Below are positions 7,508-17,301 of a DNA stretch of 19,188 nucleotides, piece after piece. The DNA is taken from NCBI GenBank assembly GCA_051439425.1, contig JBFRWD010000008.1, positions 1 to 19,188 on the forward strand, given 5' to 3'. The position numbers and the translations under genes were made by a program. A model generated the notes under the pieces. It searched no databases. It saw only the letters and a list, made by a program, of their open reading frames with translations, and was not told the origin of the DNA. Position 1 is the stretch's first letter; each line of letters opens with the position of its first letter. The DNA is from Synechococcus sp. GTDB taxonomy: Bacteria; Cyanobacteriota; Cyanobacteriia; Thermostichales; PCC-7336.

Positions 7508-8851
7508 CTAGCGATCCAGGCTAGTACTATCAGCGTTGAGAGATTCTTCCCCGATCTTGCTTGTTTCGGGTGACAGCGCTTGACGCTGTTGGTCTCCACC
7601 AGTGGCCAACTGCAATTCCAGGTTCTGCACTGCAGCAGCATACTGCGGATCGGCCGATGTCGCCAATAGTTCGCGATCGCTAGTTAGCGTCTCAATGTCC
7701 GCTTCCGATAGCTCGACAATGCGATCGGGAGTGATGCCTGTACTGTTAATATCAGTGCCGCTAGGGGTGCGATAACGGGCGATCGTGACAGCTAAGCCTG
7801 AGCCACCTGAGATTGCATGTACGGATTGCACCAATCCTTTGCCAAATGTTTGGGTTCCAATCAATGTTGCTCGCTCGTTATCCTGGAGTGCCCCTGCTAG
7901 AATTTCACTGGCACTGGCAGAGCCCCCATCCACCAATACGGTCATGGGCTTATCCGTCAATGCTTCGCCATTAGCAGCAATGCTATCTTGTATCCCCTGG
8001 CGATTTTCTGTTGAGACAATCCCGCCATCGTTCAAAAATAGTCGAGCAATCTCGGCGCTAGAGTACAGCAGTCCACCAGGATTTCCCCGGAGATCGAGTA
8101 CGTAGGCGTCTACATTTAATCCTTCGAGCTCTTCAACCGCATCGCGCATTTCATCAGCAGCTTTCGCACTGAACTGGGATAGACGAATGTATCCAATTTG
8201 CTGTTCCCCAGCCGGATGCACTTCGTTGGTGACTGCATGTAGTTCGATGCGCTCGCGCTTGATATCAAAATCAAATTGTTCGGCGTCATCTCGGAGAACG
8301 GTCAGAGTGACGACAGACCCAACCTCCCCACGGATGAGATTAACGGCTTGGTTAACATCCATGCCCTCAGTTTCAGTACCATCAATCTCGACAATAATGT
8401 CTCCTGCTTGAACACCAGCATTTAAGGCCGGTGAGTTATCAATCGGAGATACAACGAGCAGTCGGCCAGTCTCGTCCTCCGCTCCCAGCTGAATGCCAAC
8501 ACCGGTCAGCTCACCGGATGTATCAATTTGCATACTGGCATACTGCTCGGGATCCATAAACCGAGTGTACGGATCGTCGAGTTGCTCTAGCGCCTCTCGG
8601 ATAGCCTCATAGGCGGCTTCCTCGGTGGCATAGTCGCGCGATAGCAGGTCTTTCCTGACTGACTCCCAGTCCACATCATTGAAGTCACTATCGACGTACT
8701 CTCGGTTAACAATCTGCCACGCCTCATCAACTAGCTCTTTGGGATTATTGCGAAATCCAGCCCAACTTGGCGCAGCCACTTGAATGCCGACAACCCCAAC
8801 CAGTCCAATGACTGCAGCTGTTGTGCCGAAAATAATGCTGCGCTTATTCAT
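7508..8851 (-). CDS. Carboxyl-terminal processing protease (S41A, CtpA/CtpB/CtpC family) with PDZ domain
   Basis: Signal/TM N-terminus, DDPYTRF, GVGIQL (PDZ), LDLRGNPGG, SASASEI (catalytic Ser), TFGKG (catalytic Lys) and GITPD. Paralog cannot be assigned by eye. Confidence 0.93.
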   Translation of the reverse strand: MNKRSIIFGTTAAVIGLVGVVGIQVAAPSWAGFRNNPKELVDEAWQIVNREYVDSDFNDVDWESVRKDLLSRDYATEEAAYEAIREALEQLDDPYTRFMDPEQYASMQIDTSGELTGVGIQLGAEDETGRLLVVSPIDNSPALNAGVQAGDIIVEIDGTETEGMDVNQAVNLIRGEVGSVVTLTVLRDDAEQFDFDIKRERIELHAVTNEVHPAGEQQIGYIRLSQFSAKAADEMRDAVEELEGLNVDAYVLDLRGNPGGLLYSSAEIARLFLNDGGIVSTENRQGIQDSIAANGEALTDKPMTVLVDGGSASASEILAGALQDNERATLIGTQTFGKGLVQSVHAISGGSGLAVTIARYRTPSGTDINSTGITPDRIVELSEADIETLTSDRELLATSADPQYAAAVQNLELQLATGGDQQRQALSPETSKIGEESLNADSTSLDR

Positions 8852-9330
8852 GAGAAATCATTCCTTGATGCTAGATGGAAGAGGAAGGGAATGTCGGTGG
8901 TGAACGCTGACTCCACTCCGGTGACGGCCACAGCTAGCTGCCCCGAATACTACAATCTAGCCCGAAATATATCGGGAGTCATGCTGAGGCAGATAGATCT
9001 GAGACCCGGGCACTCGGATGGTTACAAGGGCAAATGTCACAAGGGTGAATAACAGGCAGTAGATTCAGCGAAAGATTCACTCAGTCATACGACTGTCGTA
9101 GGTGATGACTTGAGCGTAGTGAGCCCAATTTAACATGGATATTTATCAAGACAGTAGTCAAACTTGCATGAATATTTCTTGATATTGTCAAGTTCTGTGT
9201 CGCTTGGCAGTTAGACCTCTATCTAGTTGGCTTGCAATCAACTATAGGAATGCATGCCTGCCTGAAAGTGTTTTTCACGCCAAGTTTGGGTTCTGGATGC
9301 TCTTCTTGACTAGCAAGTGCTCTGAAGTAT

Positions 9331-9699
9331 TTACTCCTTCTTCTCATCAATCTTCGTTGACACTTCTTCAGCGGTCTCGGAGAGGTGGAGTTGCTGCTCT
9401 ACCCAGCTTAAGTAGGCATGGCTGCCACTAACAATCGGCAACGCAACGATTTCAGGTGTGTCGTAAGGGTGGTGGTTTAATATCAGTGCTTGCAATGATG
9501 GATAAAGTTTCTGAGATGTCTTCACCAGACATTGCCACTCAGTTGCGGTCTCAAGTGTTCCGTTCCACCAGTATCGGCTGATGATTGGTCCGACAATTTG
9601 TCCGCAAGCTACAAGATGAGACTCCAATAACCGAGTTGTTAAAGACTCCGCATCTTCCTGCGTTGCCAATGTCGTACAGACTTGTAGAAACTTAGACAT
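9331..9699 (-). CDS. cutA: Divalent-cation tolerance protein CutA
   Basis: LVACGQI..SRYWW.G..E...KT and HHPYDTPEI...YLSW. Start set at ATG 9699. Confidence 0.92.
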   Translation of the reverse strand: MSKFLQVCTTLATQEDAESLTTRLLESHLVACGQIVGPIISRYWWNGTLETATEWQCLVKTSQKLYPSLQALILNHHPYDTPEIVALPIVSGSHAYLSWVEQQLHLSETAEEVSTKIDEKKE

Positions 9700-9739
9700 A
9701 AACGACGATGTCAACAACTAACGATACGAGCGACAACTA

Positions 9740-9770
9740 GCCCGGGAGAAGGGTCATGCCTTACCCGGGC
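9740..9770. terminator. GC-rich hairpin between infB and cutA
   Basis: GCCCGGG (9740-9746) pairs with CCCGGGC (9764-9770), with an inner AAGG/CCTT stem, 40 bp after the infB stop. The U-tract is weak. Confidence 0.45.
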
Positions 9771-9809
9771 CAGAGTAGTTTTGTCAGGTTCAAGCTCGCT
9801 CAGCGATAC

Positions 9810-12800
9810 CTATTTGCCAGCTGATGCAAGAGTTCTACGTTTGGCAACCAATTGGTAGACTTCAAGCACATCTCCTTCTCGCCAGTCGTTGAAATTATCT
9901 AAGGCGATACCGCATTCAAATCCAGACGCGACCTCCCGAACATCTTCCTTGAAACGCTTCAGAGAATTAATGCGGCCCTCATAGATGCGATTTCCGTCCC
10001 GCGTAACGCGAACAAAAGCGTTGCGCTGGACTTTACCAGACTGTACGTAGCTGCCAGCTACCACGCCCTTGCCAATTTGAATCAGCATGCGGACTTCAAC
10101 TTGACCCAACCACTCTTCAACCTCTTCTGGCTCAAGGAGACCTTCCATCGCGGCTGTGATTTCTTCAAGCAGGTTGTAGATGATATCGTACTCGCGAATA
10201 TCCACACCGTATCGGTCTGCAGCCGCTCGTGCACCGGGCGCGAGTGTTGTGTTAAAGCCAATAATGATGGCATTACTGGCTGCTGCAAGGTCGATGTCGG
10301 TTTCGGAGACCTCACCGGGAGATGCCAATAACACGCGAATTTGTACTTCATCTTGAGACAGTTGTTGTAGCGATCCTAGGATGGCTTCCACTGACCCTTG
10401 TACATCTGCCTTAAGGATGAGGTTGAGTTCTTTCAACTCGCCCTCTTGGGCTTGAGCAGATAAAGTGCCTAGACTGACGCGACGAGACGCCATGGCTTGC
10501 TGCAAGCGAGACTGGCGCTGATCTGCAGCCCGTTCCTCTGCTACTTGGCGGGCTTGCTTATCGTCGGTGTAAACGTCAAATTCGTCTCCAGCAGCAGGGA
10601 CATCGTTCATGCCCAATACCTCAACGGCAGAGGATGGACCGGCTTCTTGGACGCGTATTCCACGGTCGTCCACCATTGCTTTGACTCGACCCATGACTGA
10701 GCCAGCTACCAGAGTATCCCCAACCCGCAGGGTACCGTTCTGGACTAGCAAGGTTGCTACCGGACCACGAGCCTTGTCCAGATTTGCCTCGATCACCGTT
10801 CCTTTGGCTGGGCGATCGGGATTTGCTTGCAATTCTCCTACCTCGGCAACCAGCAGAAGCATCTCTAATAGGTCGTCCAGATTTTGTTTGGCCAGCGCAC
10901 TCACTCCAACCATCGGAATATCGCCGCCCCAATCTTCGGGGACTAAGCCACGCTCGGCGAGTTCCTGCTTGACTCGATCTGGACTGGCAGCTTCTTTGTC
11001 AATTTTGTTGATAGCGACAACGATTGGTACTTGGGCTGCTTGAGCGTGACTAATGGCCTCCAGTGTTTGAGGACGTACGCCATCATCAGCGGCAACCACC
11101 AAAATGGCTATGTCGGTAACCTTGGTCCCTCTTGCTCTCATGGCAGTAAATGCTTCGTGGCCAGGAGTGTCCAAGAATACTACGCGCTTTTCGACACCTT
11201 CGACGTCCAGATCGACGTGATAGGCCCCAATATGCTGGGTGATGCCACCTGCTTCTCCCGAAGCAACTTTTGTTTCTCGGATGGAGTCCAGTAGCGTTGT
11301 TTTACCGTGGTCGACATGACCCATGATGGTCACAACTGGGGGACGATGAGTCAAATGCTCAACATCGCTCAGATCTAGCATCTCAGTCTTAGTTGCTGCC
11401 GCCGCTGCTTCCTTGTGTTCAACCTCGTACCCAAGTTCGGTGGCAACCATTTCTGCCGTTGGAATATCTAGAGTTTGGTTGATATTGGCCATTACTCCCT
11501 TGAGGAATAGTGCCTTGATAATCTCAGTTTCAGCAATTTGCAATTGATTGGCTAGTTCCTGGACAGTCAGACTGCCTTCCAGTTCCAATACAGTTGGCTG
11601 TTCTGCCTCAGTGGTTTCGAGGGCGGCAGCAACTGTAGCTTGTTGCTGACGTCGCCGGCTGGGCCTAGAAGACTTAGGACGGCTAGAACGGACTGGGGTG
11701 AGGCGAGGGCCAGTAGTCGGTGGCTTAGCCCCAGGGCGTGGCAATGGCTTGAGAGCATCCAATTCGGATTGCTGCGCAGCAGACAGCATTTCTGTATCTG
11801 TATCGAAGTTGTCTTCGTCCTTACCAACACCACGCCGACGCTTGCTGCGCTTTTTGGCAGGTTGCTTGAGAGCTGCTAATTCGTCATCTTCGCGCGTAGA
11901 TGTTTGCTTGCGTTTGGTCGTCACACGACTGGTAGGGCGCTTTGGCGCAGCCGCTAATTCGGGGACGGATATGGCTGCGTCTCCAGCAACACTGATGCTG
12001 TCGTTGCTTGACGGGCCACTCGATTTGGCTCGGGAGGGCGGTCCAACTAACTCGGGCAGGTTTTTTTTCGGGGCCGTTGGTTTATCTCTCAGCGGCGGCT
12101 CTGCCGAACGTTTTGGTTGAGCAATTTGAGCCTTGACGCCAGGTCGGGTTGGAGCACCTACGAGTTGAGGCTTTTTCGTAGGAGCGGCAGGCTTAGGTCG
12201 CTCTCCTCCGGTTTGAGAGCGGTCTTTTCCTCCAGCAGGAGAGGTCTGTTGTGCTTGACGACGGGCTGGAGCAATAGGCTTTGCAACCATCTTCCGAGGA
12301 GGTTGGCTTGGTGTTGGGGGTTGGTTTGGTGTTGGAGCTTGAAGAGGTTTTGCAACGGACGGTTTAGGCGATACGGATTTTGGTGCAGTAGGCGGTTGAA
12401 CGATTTGCTGTTGAGGGCGCTTGACTTCAGTCGGTGGCTTGGGGCTATCTACTTGGAGTGGCTTTGCTACTTTGCGAGCTGCTGGTTGCTGAGGGGTTGC
12501 AATAGGACGTTGCAGTTGAGGTGTAGTAGCTTTGGGCGTGGTGTTTTGAGGGACGCGAGTAGAGGCAGGCTGGGCTGAAGGTTTTCTGGGTGGTTGCCCT
12601 GTTGATGCAGCCTGAGAACTTGGAGGAGATGCCAATTTCGGTGGAGACGTAGGCGGTGATGGGGCTTTAGCTGTCTTAGGAGGAGCAGCGGAAGGTGGTG
12701 TCGACGTTTTAGGAGGAGCAGCGACGATCGACGGGGTGGACGACGAGTCACCTGAAGTTGCTGTGCCTTCATCTGAAGAAGCTTTGCGCACTTCTAGAAT

Positions 12801-13076
12801 CTGTAAACCACCGACCGAATCAGCTTTGGTACCGGGGTCTTTACTGTCTTTTCGAGTACTCAAATCCACGACTCCAGGGTCGATGTTGAGGTGCAGGCAA
12901 ATTTTTTCAGCATCAGCGACGCTGATCGAGCTGCTATGACTTTTAGCCGATATTCCCAAGGCTTCGCATGCATCCAAGATGTCTTTATTCTCTCTGCCCA
13001 ACTTGCGCGACAGTTCGTATATGCGCACTTTGGTGCTGCGGCTAGTCGAATTAGATTGGGGCGAAGTTGAGGTCAT
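9810..13076 (-). CDS. infB: Translation initiation factor IF-2
   Basis: KVRIYELS N-domain and long Pro/Ser/Lys-rich linker. G-domain motifs [29 protein letters not shown] and NKID; C-terminal [17 protein letters not shown]. Start set at ATG 13076. Confidence 0.98.
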   Translation of the reverse strand: MTSTSPQSNSTSRSTKVRIYELSRKLGRENKDILDACEALGISAKSHSSSISVADAEKICLHLNIDPGVVDLSTRKDSKDPGTKADSVGGLQILEVRKASSDEGTATSGDSSSTPSIVAAPPKTSTPPSAAPPKTAKAPSPPTSPPKLASPPSSQAASTGQPPRKPSAQPASTRVPQNTTPKATTPQLQRPIATPQQPAARKVAKPLQVDSPKPPTEVKRPQQQIVQPPTAPKSVSPKPSVAKPLQAPTPNQPPTPSQPPRKMVAKPIAPARRQAQQTSPAGGKDRSQTGGERPKPAAPTKKPQLVGAPTRPGVKAQIAQPKRSAEPPLRDKPTAPKKNLPELVGPPSRAKSSGPSSNDSISVAGDAAISVPELAAAPKRPTSRVTTKRKQTSTREDDELAALKQPAKKRSKRRRGVGKDEDNFDTDTEMLSAAQQSELDALKPLPRPGAKPPTTGPRLTPVRSSRPKSSRPSRRRQQQATVAAALETTEAEQPTVLELEGSLTVQELANQLQIAETEIIKALFLKGVMANINQTLDIPTAEMVATELGYEVEHKEAAAAATKTEMLDLSDVEHLTHRPPVVTIMGHVDHGKTTLLDSIRETKVASGEAGGITQHIGAYHVDLDVEGVEKRVVFLDTPGHEAFTAMRARGTKVTDIAILVVAADDGVRPQTLEAISHAQAAQVPIVVAINKIDKEAASPDRVKQELAERGLVPEDWGGDIPMVGVSALAKQNLDDLLEMLLLVAEVGELQANPDRPAKGTVIEANLDKARGPVATLLVQNGTLRVGDTLVAGSVMGRVKAMVDDRGIRVQEAGPSSAVEVLGMNDVPAAGDEFDVYTDDKQARQVAEERAADQRQSRLQQAMASRRVSLGTLSAQAQEGELKELNLILKADVQGSVEAILGSLQQLSQDEVQIRVLLASPGEVSETDIDLAAASNAIIIGFNTTLAPGARAAADRYGVDIREYDIIYNLLEEITAAMEGLLEPEEVEEWLGQVEVRMLIQIGKGVVAGSYVQSGKVQRNAFVRVTRDGNRIYEGRINSLKRFKEDVREVASGFECGIALDNFNDWREGDVLEVYQLVAKRRTLASAGK

Positions 13077-13272
13077 ATAGGGTTGAGGCAGAGAATGTAT
13101 CAATTGCGGCGTAGAGACAGCGATAGAGCTCACAGGGTGGCGGTACCGATTGGGTTGAATCAACCCTGGCAACAGACCACCGACAACACACTTAACTTCA
13201 GCTACTGCTTAGGTAGCTTATCACTGTTACAAGATGGAAAGTAGCTAGCGACGGTCTATCAGAATAACGAAT

Positions 13273-13572
13273 TCATTCGTCAATTACCAGCCCTCCAATG
13301 TTTCTGGATCGCTCTTCACGAGTTTTCAGGGCTGCTAGTAAGGAGTCGAATAGCTCATCGGAAACATTCGCTTTCAATGCATGTCGTAATCGATTTTTCT
13401 TTCGAATTCTCTCCACACATTGTTTCGTTGGGCAAAGATAGGCAGATCGACCCATGCCCTGGCCAATTTGAACTTGCCCCGTATCGTGCTGACGAACGAG
13501 TCTCAAAAAGCGATCGCGATGCGCAAGACGACGACAGGCCGCACAACGGCGCAAGAGTGGCATTTTTGACAT
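13273..13572 (-). CDS. ylxR: YlxR/DUF448 family RNA-binding protein
   Basis: RRCAACR...LRLVR...GMGRSAYLC..C...KKNRL..ALK, directly upstream of infB. Confidence 0.9.
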   Translation of the reverse strand: MSKMPLLRRCAACRRLAHRDRFLRLVRQHDTGQVQIGQGMGRSAYLCPTKQCVERIRKKNRLRHALKANVSDELFDSLLAALKTREERSRNIGGLVIDE

Positions 13573-13897
13573 CAGTCGAAGTCTGTAATGGATGCATCAA
13601 TGCAGCATTCCTGGCTCGGGTTCGCTTGGTTTAGATGCAGGGGGCCACTGGTGTGAGTTCTGCAACTAAGAGCTGCTCTTTCAGTTTCGCATGCCTAGAT
13701 CGTTTACTTGAGGTTGTAGAGACTGTCGGATCGATTTAGTTCTGAGAGTGATGTTACTGTCGCCCGTTATCTACGTTGTGATGCAGAGGTGGTTTTTAGC
13801 TGGGTGTTTTGTATTGCAACTGTTGCGGTGTGCATAATACAGTCTGCGAGCTGTTGGTCAAACTTTCTGTAGGTATGGAGGTCAGGTTGAGATTGTT

Positions 13898-16159
13898 TCA
13901 TCCATGAAATACAGCATGTTGTGCTCGTCCAAGGGTTTTGGCTTGGTACATTGCTGCATCTGCATCTTTTAAGATTTCTTCTGCTGTACGGTACCGTGGG
14001 TGGCTATTCACGATTCCAATGCTTGCTGTAACGGTTAGCTGATGGGAATTGAGATCGAGGGGATGTTGCAGTGAGTCAAGGATTCGATCTGCTACCCGAA
14101 TGGCTTCTTCAGGTTCGCGAATGTGAGTCAACAATACGGTAAATTCGTCTCCACCAAGGCGAGCTACTGTATCACCTTCTCGGACACAGTCCTCCAGCCT
14201 TCGTGCTAGGGCAATGAGCATGAGATCTCCCACCTCATGACCCAATGTATCGTTGATGGATTTGAAGCGATCGCAATCGAGAAACAAGACGGCAAAGTCA
14301 TGTCCTGAATCGAAGGAATGAAAGCGATCGCATGCTCGACTCAATCGTTTAAGCATCAGGGCACGGTTGGCAAGCCCCGTCAGAGGATCGTGTAGAGCCT
14401 CATGCCGTAGTTGAAATTCAATTTGTTTGTGCTGAGTGATGTCCTCAAGCATCACTAGGCTAGTAGATCCCTGTCTATCTGGTGACAGTTCTGTCACCGT
14501 GAGGTCAACCCAGACATCTACCCCCTGAGGATGCTGATAGCTTTGCTCAGAATGGCACCTGGAGGGGTCGGGATTGATGTGGCTGATATCTTCTCGATCT
14601 GCTTGTGCGGTTGCGTTATTCTCGGTACTGGTAGAGAGGATTTCCTCCCTGGAGAGTGCCCTTGGTTTCATGTGGTGATAGCTGTTCCCTTTCCGTTTCT
14701 GCCCCTGGTGATTTATTGAGAGGTCATTGGTTGAAGTGGCATGCTCGATACCGTTTGGTGGTGTTTGGTGGAGGTTCGGTACCGGCAAGGTTAGTCCTAG
14801 TTTTTCAAAGGGGGAGAGCAGTAAATCCGATTCGTCGTGTCCAACGATGCCACACAGAGCTGGGTTGACTTGCTGAATGAGCTTAGTGTTTGTATCAACT
14901 AACGCAATGCCAATGGGGGCAGAATGAACAATCTGACGGAATCTGGCTTCACTTTGCTGTAGCTGTAACTCGACTTGACGGCGTTCGCTAGTGTTACGCA
15001 ATGTAACCGTGAATAGGAGTTCTCCTTGCACATTCGTGTGAGTAATTGACAGGTCTGCAGGGAATTGGCGGCCGTTAACTTGCTGGGCTTCAATTTCGTG
15101 CCATCGACCCGTGAAATCGGTTTCCTGCCCGTTTGATATCGCGATCGCTTCAGCTTGGAACTGTGTGTTCCATGGAGATGCAATAGCCCACTGAGCAAAT
15201 TGACTACCCAGCATGTCCTCTTCCCTGCAGCCAAAGAGTTTTTCGGCAAATGGGTTGAGTTCTACAACATGACCTTGTCGATTCAAAACGACAATGGCGT
15301 CAAGCGAATAGCGTACCAATGCCCTTTGACGCGCAATGGTTTTTTGAAGGTGAGCGGCCATGACGTTGAATGATTCTGCAAATGAAGACAGTTCGTAACC
15401 ACCTTTGTTGATGGGAACGCGCTCGGCAAAATGCCCCGATGCAATCCGATCGGTGGTGGTCATCATTGCTTTGAGAGGTCTGGCAATAGTTCTGCTAAGC
15501 AATAAAGCGAGTAGGGTGCTCAGAGCACCTGCACCAAGAGCTACTTGAGTGGCATCCCATAGCGTTTGGCGAATTGTCTGGTTGAGAGTAGCGTTAGAGA
15601 TCTCGACTATTACCACCTTGGGCACCGCAGAGGTGGATGCAAGACCGCGTGCATTGACTCGACGACCGGCAAACAAATGTTCAGATTGCCAAACGTAACT
15701 AGTGGTTGATGTTTGGCTGAAGGTATCTAACAATGACCTGCTTGGATCGATGAAAGCTAAATCCTGAGCTTCGCTTCCAACCCCTGCGAGGAAGAGACCT
15801 TCGTGTGTAAAAATCGCTCCACGAGATTGGACGTTTCCGACTTCTGTTGATGGAAGAAGGATCGGGGCATCCAAGCTATCGTCTTTGAGATCGAGGCTGA
15901 CTGCCGCAAGCGTGAGGCTGTCAAGTGCAAAATCTGCGTATTGTTCAAGTTCTGCGACTAATCCTTTGCGCTGGTGTGCGACAAATAGGAGGGTAATGCT
16001 GCTGATAGATGTCAGCGCAACTCCTGCGGTGGAAAGCATGAGCCTAACCGGAAGCGATCTCCACCCCCATCTGATACGAGCTAGTGGACGAACATAGTGA
16101 GTCACGATTGATGGGTGCTGAAACTTGGCACTGATGTTTGGTCGATCTCCCGACGACAA
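13898..16159 (-). CDS. Membrane sensor diguanylate cyclase: TM-periplasmic-TM-HAMP-PAS-PAS-GGDEF
   Basis: Two hydrophobic segments and a HAMP domain (IARPLK...ELSSFAESFNVMA). Two PAS/PAC domains, then HDPLTGLANR, DCDRFKSINDTLGH, I-site REGD and RLGGDEF. No EAL domain. Start uncertain. Confidence 0.93.
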   Translation of the reverse strand: MSSGDRPNISAKFQHPSIVTHYVRPLARIRWGWRSLPVRLMLSTAGVALTSISSITLLFVAHQRKGLVAELEQYADFALDSLTLAAVSLDLKDDSLDAPILLPSTEVGNVQSRGAIFTHEGLFLAGVGSEAQDLAFIDPSRSLLDTFSQTSTTSYVWQSEHLFAGRRVNARGLASTSAVPKVVIVEISNATLNQTIRQTLWDATQVALGAGALSTLLALLLSRTIARPLKAMMTTTDRIASGHFAERVPINKGGYELSSFAESFNVMAAHLQKTIARQRALVRYSLDAIVVLNRQGHVVELNPFAEKLFGCREEDMLGSQFAQWAIASPWNTQFQAEAIAISNGQETDFTGRWHEIEAQQVNGRQFPADLSITHTNVQGELLFTVTLRNTSERRQVELQLQQSEARFRQIVHSAPIGIALVDTNTKLIQQVNPALCGIVGHDESDLLLSPFEKLGLTLPVPNLHQTPPNGIEHATSTNDLSINHQGQKRKGNSYHHMKPRALSREEILSTSTENNATAQADREDISHINPDPSRCHSEQSYQHPQGVDVWVDLTVTELSPDRQGSTSLVMLEDITQHKQIEFQLRHEALHDPLTGLANRALMLKRLSRACDRFHSFDSGHDFAVLFLDCDRFKSINDTLGHEVGDLMLIALARRLEDCVREGDTVARLGGDEFTVLLTHIREPEEAIRVADRILDSLQHPLDLNSHQLTVTASIGIVNSHPRYRTAEEILKDADAAMYQAKTLGRAQHAVFHG

Positions 16160-16461
16160 CGGAACTCAAATTGGGAGGACATACAAACTTGAATCGTGTT
16201 GCCAAGACTACTCAAAACAATGGCGGCATGCATCTAAGGAGGCAGGAACCCCCACATTACATACATTCAGTAGAAATACGTGCATTGGGAATAGGTGCAA
16301 TGCAAAATACATCTACTTAATATGAAATTGGAGCTCAGAATGATACGTTCCTGCGATCGAATGGGTACTACGGGTTGCGTTCAAACCCTGATCTGAGAGA
16401 TCGTTCCCGAGAATGGCTGGCAGTGTTTTGCAAGAGCGTGGGCTCATAAAGATTCCATATC

Positions 16462-16920
16462 CTACTGAGTAAGCTTAGCCTTAACTAACTGTTGAACGCG
16501 CGAACCATCAACCCGTCCTTTCAACATCTTCATCAGTGTTTGCATTACCGCGCCCATATCTTGCACGGATTTTGCATCGAGTTTGGCAATCATTGCCTCT
16601 ACTTCATGTTCTAATTCTGATTCTGTAAGTGCAGGTGGTAGATACGTTTCTAAAACCTCTAGCTCTTGAGCTTCTTGCTTAGCTAGGTCGGTTCGATTGG
16701 AAGCGCTGTACTGTGCGATGGAATCTCTACGCTGTTTTGCGAGTTGACTCAGGATTTCAATTTCTTCAGTCTCATCAAGACGATCGCGTCCAGATGGGCG
16801 GATGCTCACTTCTTTTTCTAATATGGCTTTTTTGATGCTACGAACTGTTTCCAGGCGTAGTTTATCCCTACTCTTCATAGCGGCTTTAATATCTTCCGAA
16901 ATTGTTTCTTTTAGTCCCAT
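16462..16920 (-). CDS. GatB/YqeY domain protein
   Basis: LKETISEDIKAAMKSRDK..L..VR...KQRRDSI.QY...R.DLA..E..E..VL..YLP...DMG.VM...GRVDG. Confidence 0.93.
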   Translation of the reverse strand: MGLKETISEDIKAAMKSRDKLRLETVRSIKKAILEKEVSIRPSGRDRLDETEEIEILSQLAKQRRDSIAQYSASNRTDLAKQEAQELEVLETYLPPALTESELEHEVEAMIAKLDAKSVQDMGAVMQTLMKMLKGRVDGSRVQQLVKAKLTQ

Positions 16921-17301
16921 GATTCATTCTTGGATACTCATATATGAATTATATCGTGTCAAAAAATCAATCGATTTATCGAAATATTTCCTGAGAAAGG
17001 GGTTTTTATATGATAATCCTAAAGATCTTAAAAATTGTTGCTTGTTGTTTTGATGCCGTTTTATTTGTCGGCTTACTATGAAGCATATTTTGTCCTTTCG
17101 CATGAATGTTCTGGTTAAGTGCTTGGTTTGGCGAACCAATATATCTTTAGTCACTAACGCTCTGGTAGATCAAGTTAAAAAGATCTAAATTTGAAGTGCA
17201 TGGAAGTTCATTAATAGACTAGATATCAATTTCTCTCCAGGCAATGAGCTGTTTGTGAGATGCTGTAAGCTAAGCGACCTGGGTAAGTATGGCAAATCAT
17301 A

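Noticed and set aside
9020..9060. GGGCAAA motif reminiscent of a c-di-GMP-I riboswitch
   Set aside because: No GAAA-loop P2 stem or downstream GCAAAG/receptor elements, and the orientation is opposite to the neighbouring genes.
11580..12860. Very long Pro/Ser/Thr/Lys-rich region in IF2 and several antisense ORFs over it
   Set aside because: Extended disordered N-termini are normal for cyanobacterial IF2. The opposite-strand ORFs are shadows, and I saw no exact DNA tandem array.
3678..16159. cpdA plus diguanylate cyclase as a joint cyclic-nucleotide module
   Set aside because: They are over 9 kb apart and separated by unrelated housekeeping genes. No evidence of linkage.
16802..17154. 76-aa and 83-aa ORFs in the AT-rich region
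   Set aside because: No recognisable motif or RBS, they overlap the likely promoters, and their composition reflects AT-richness.
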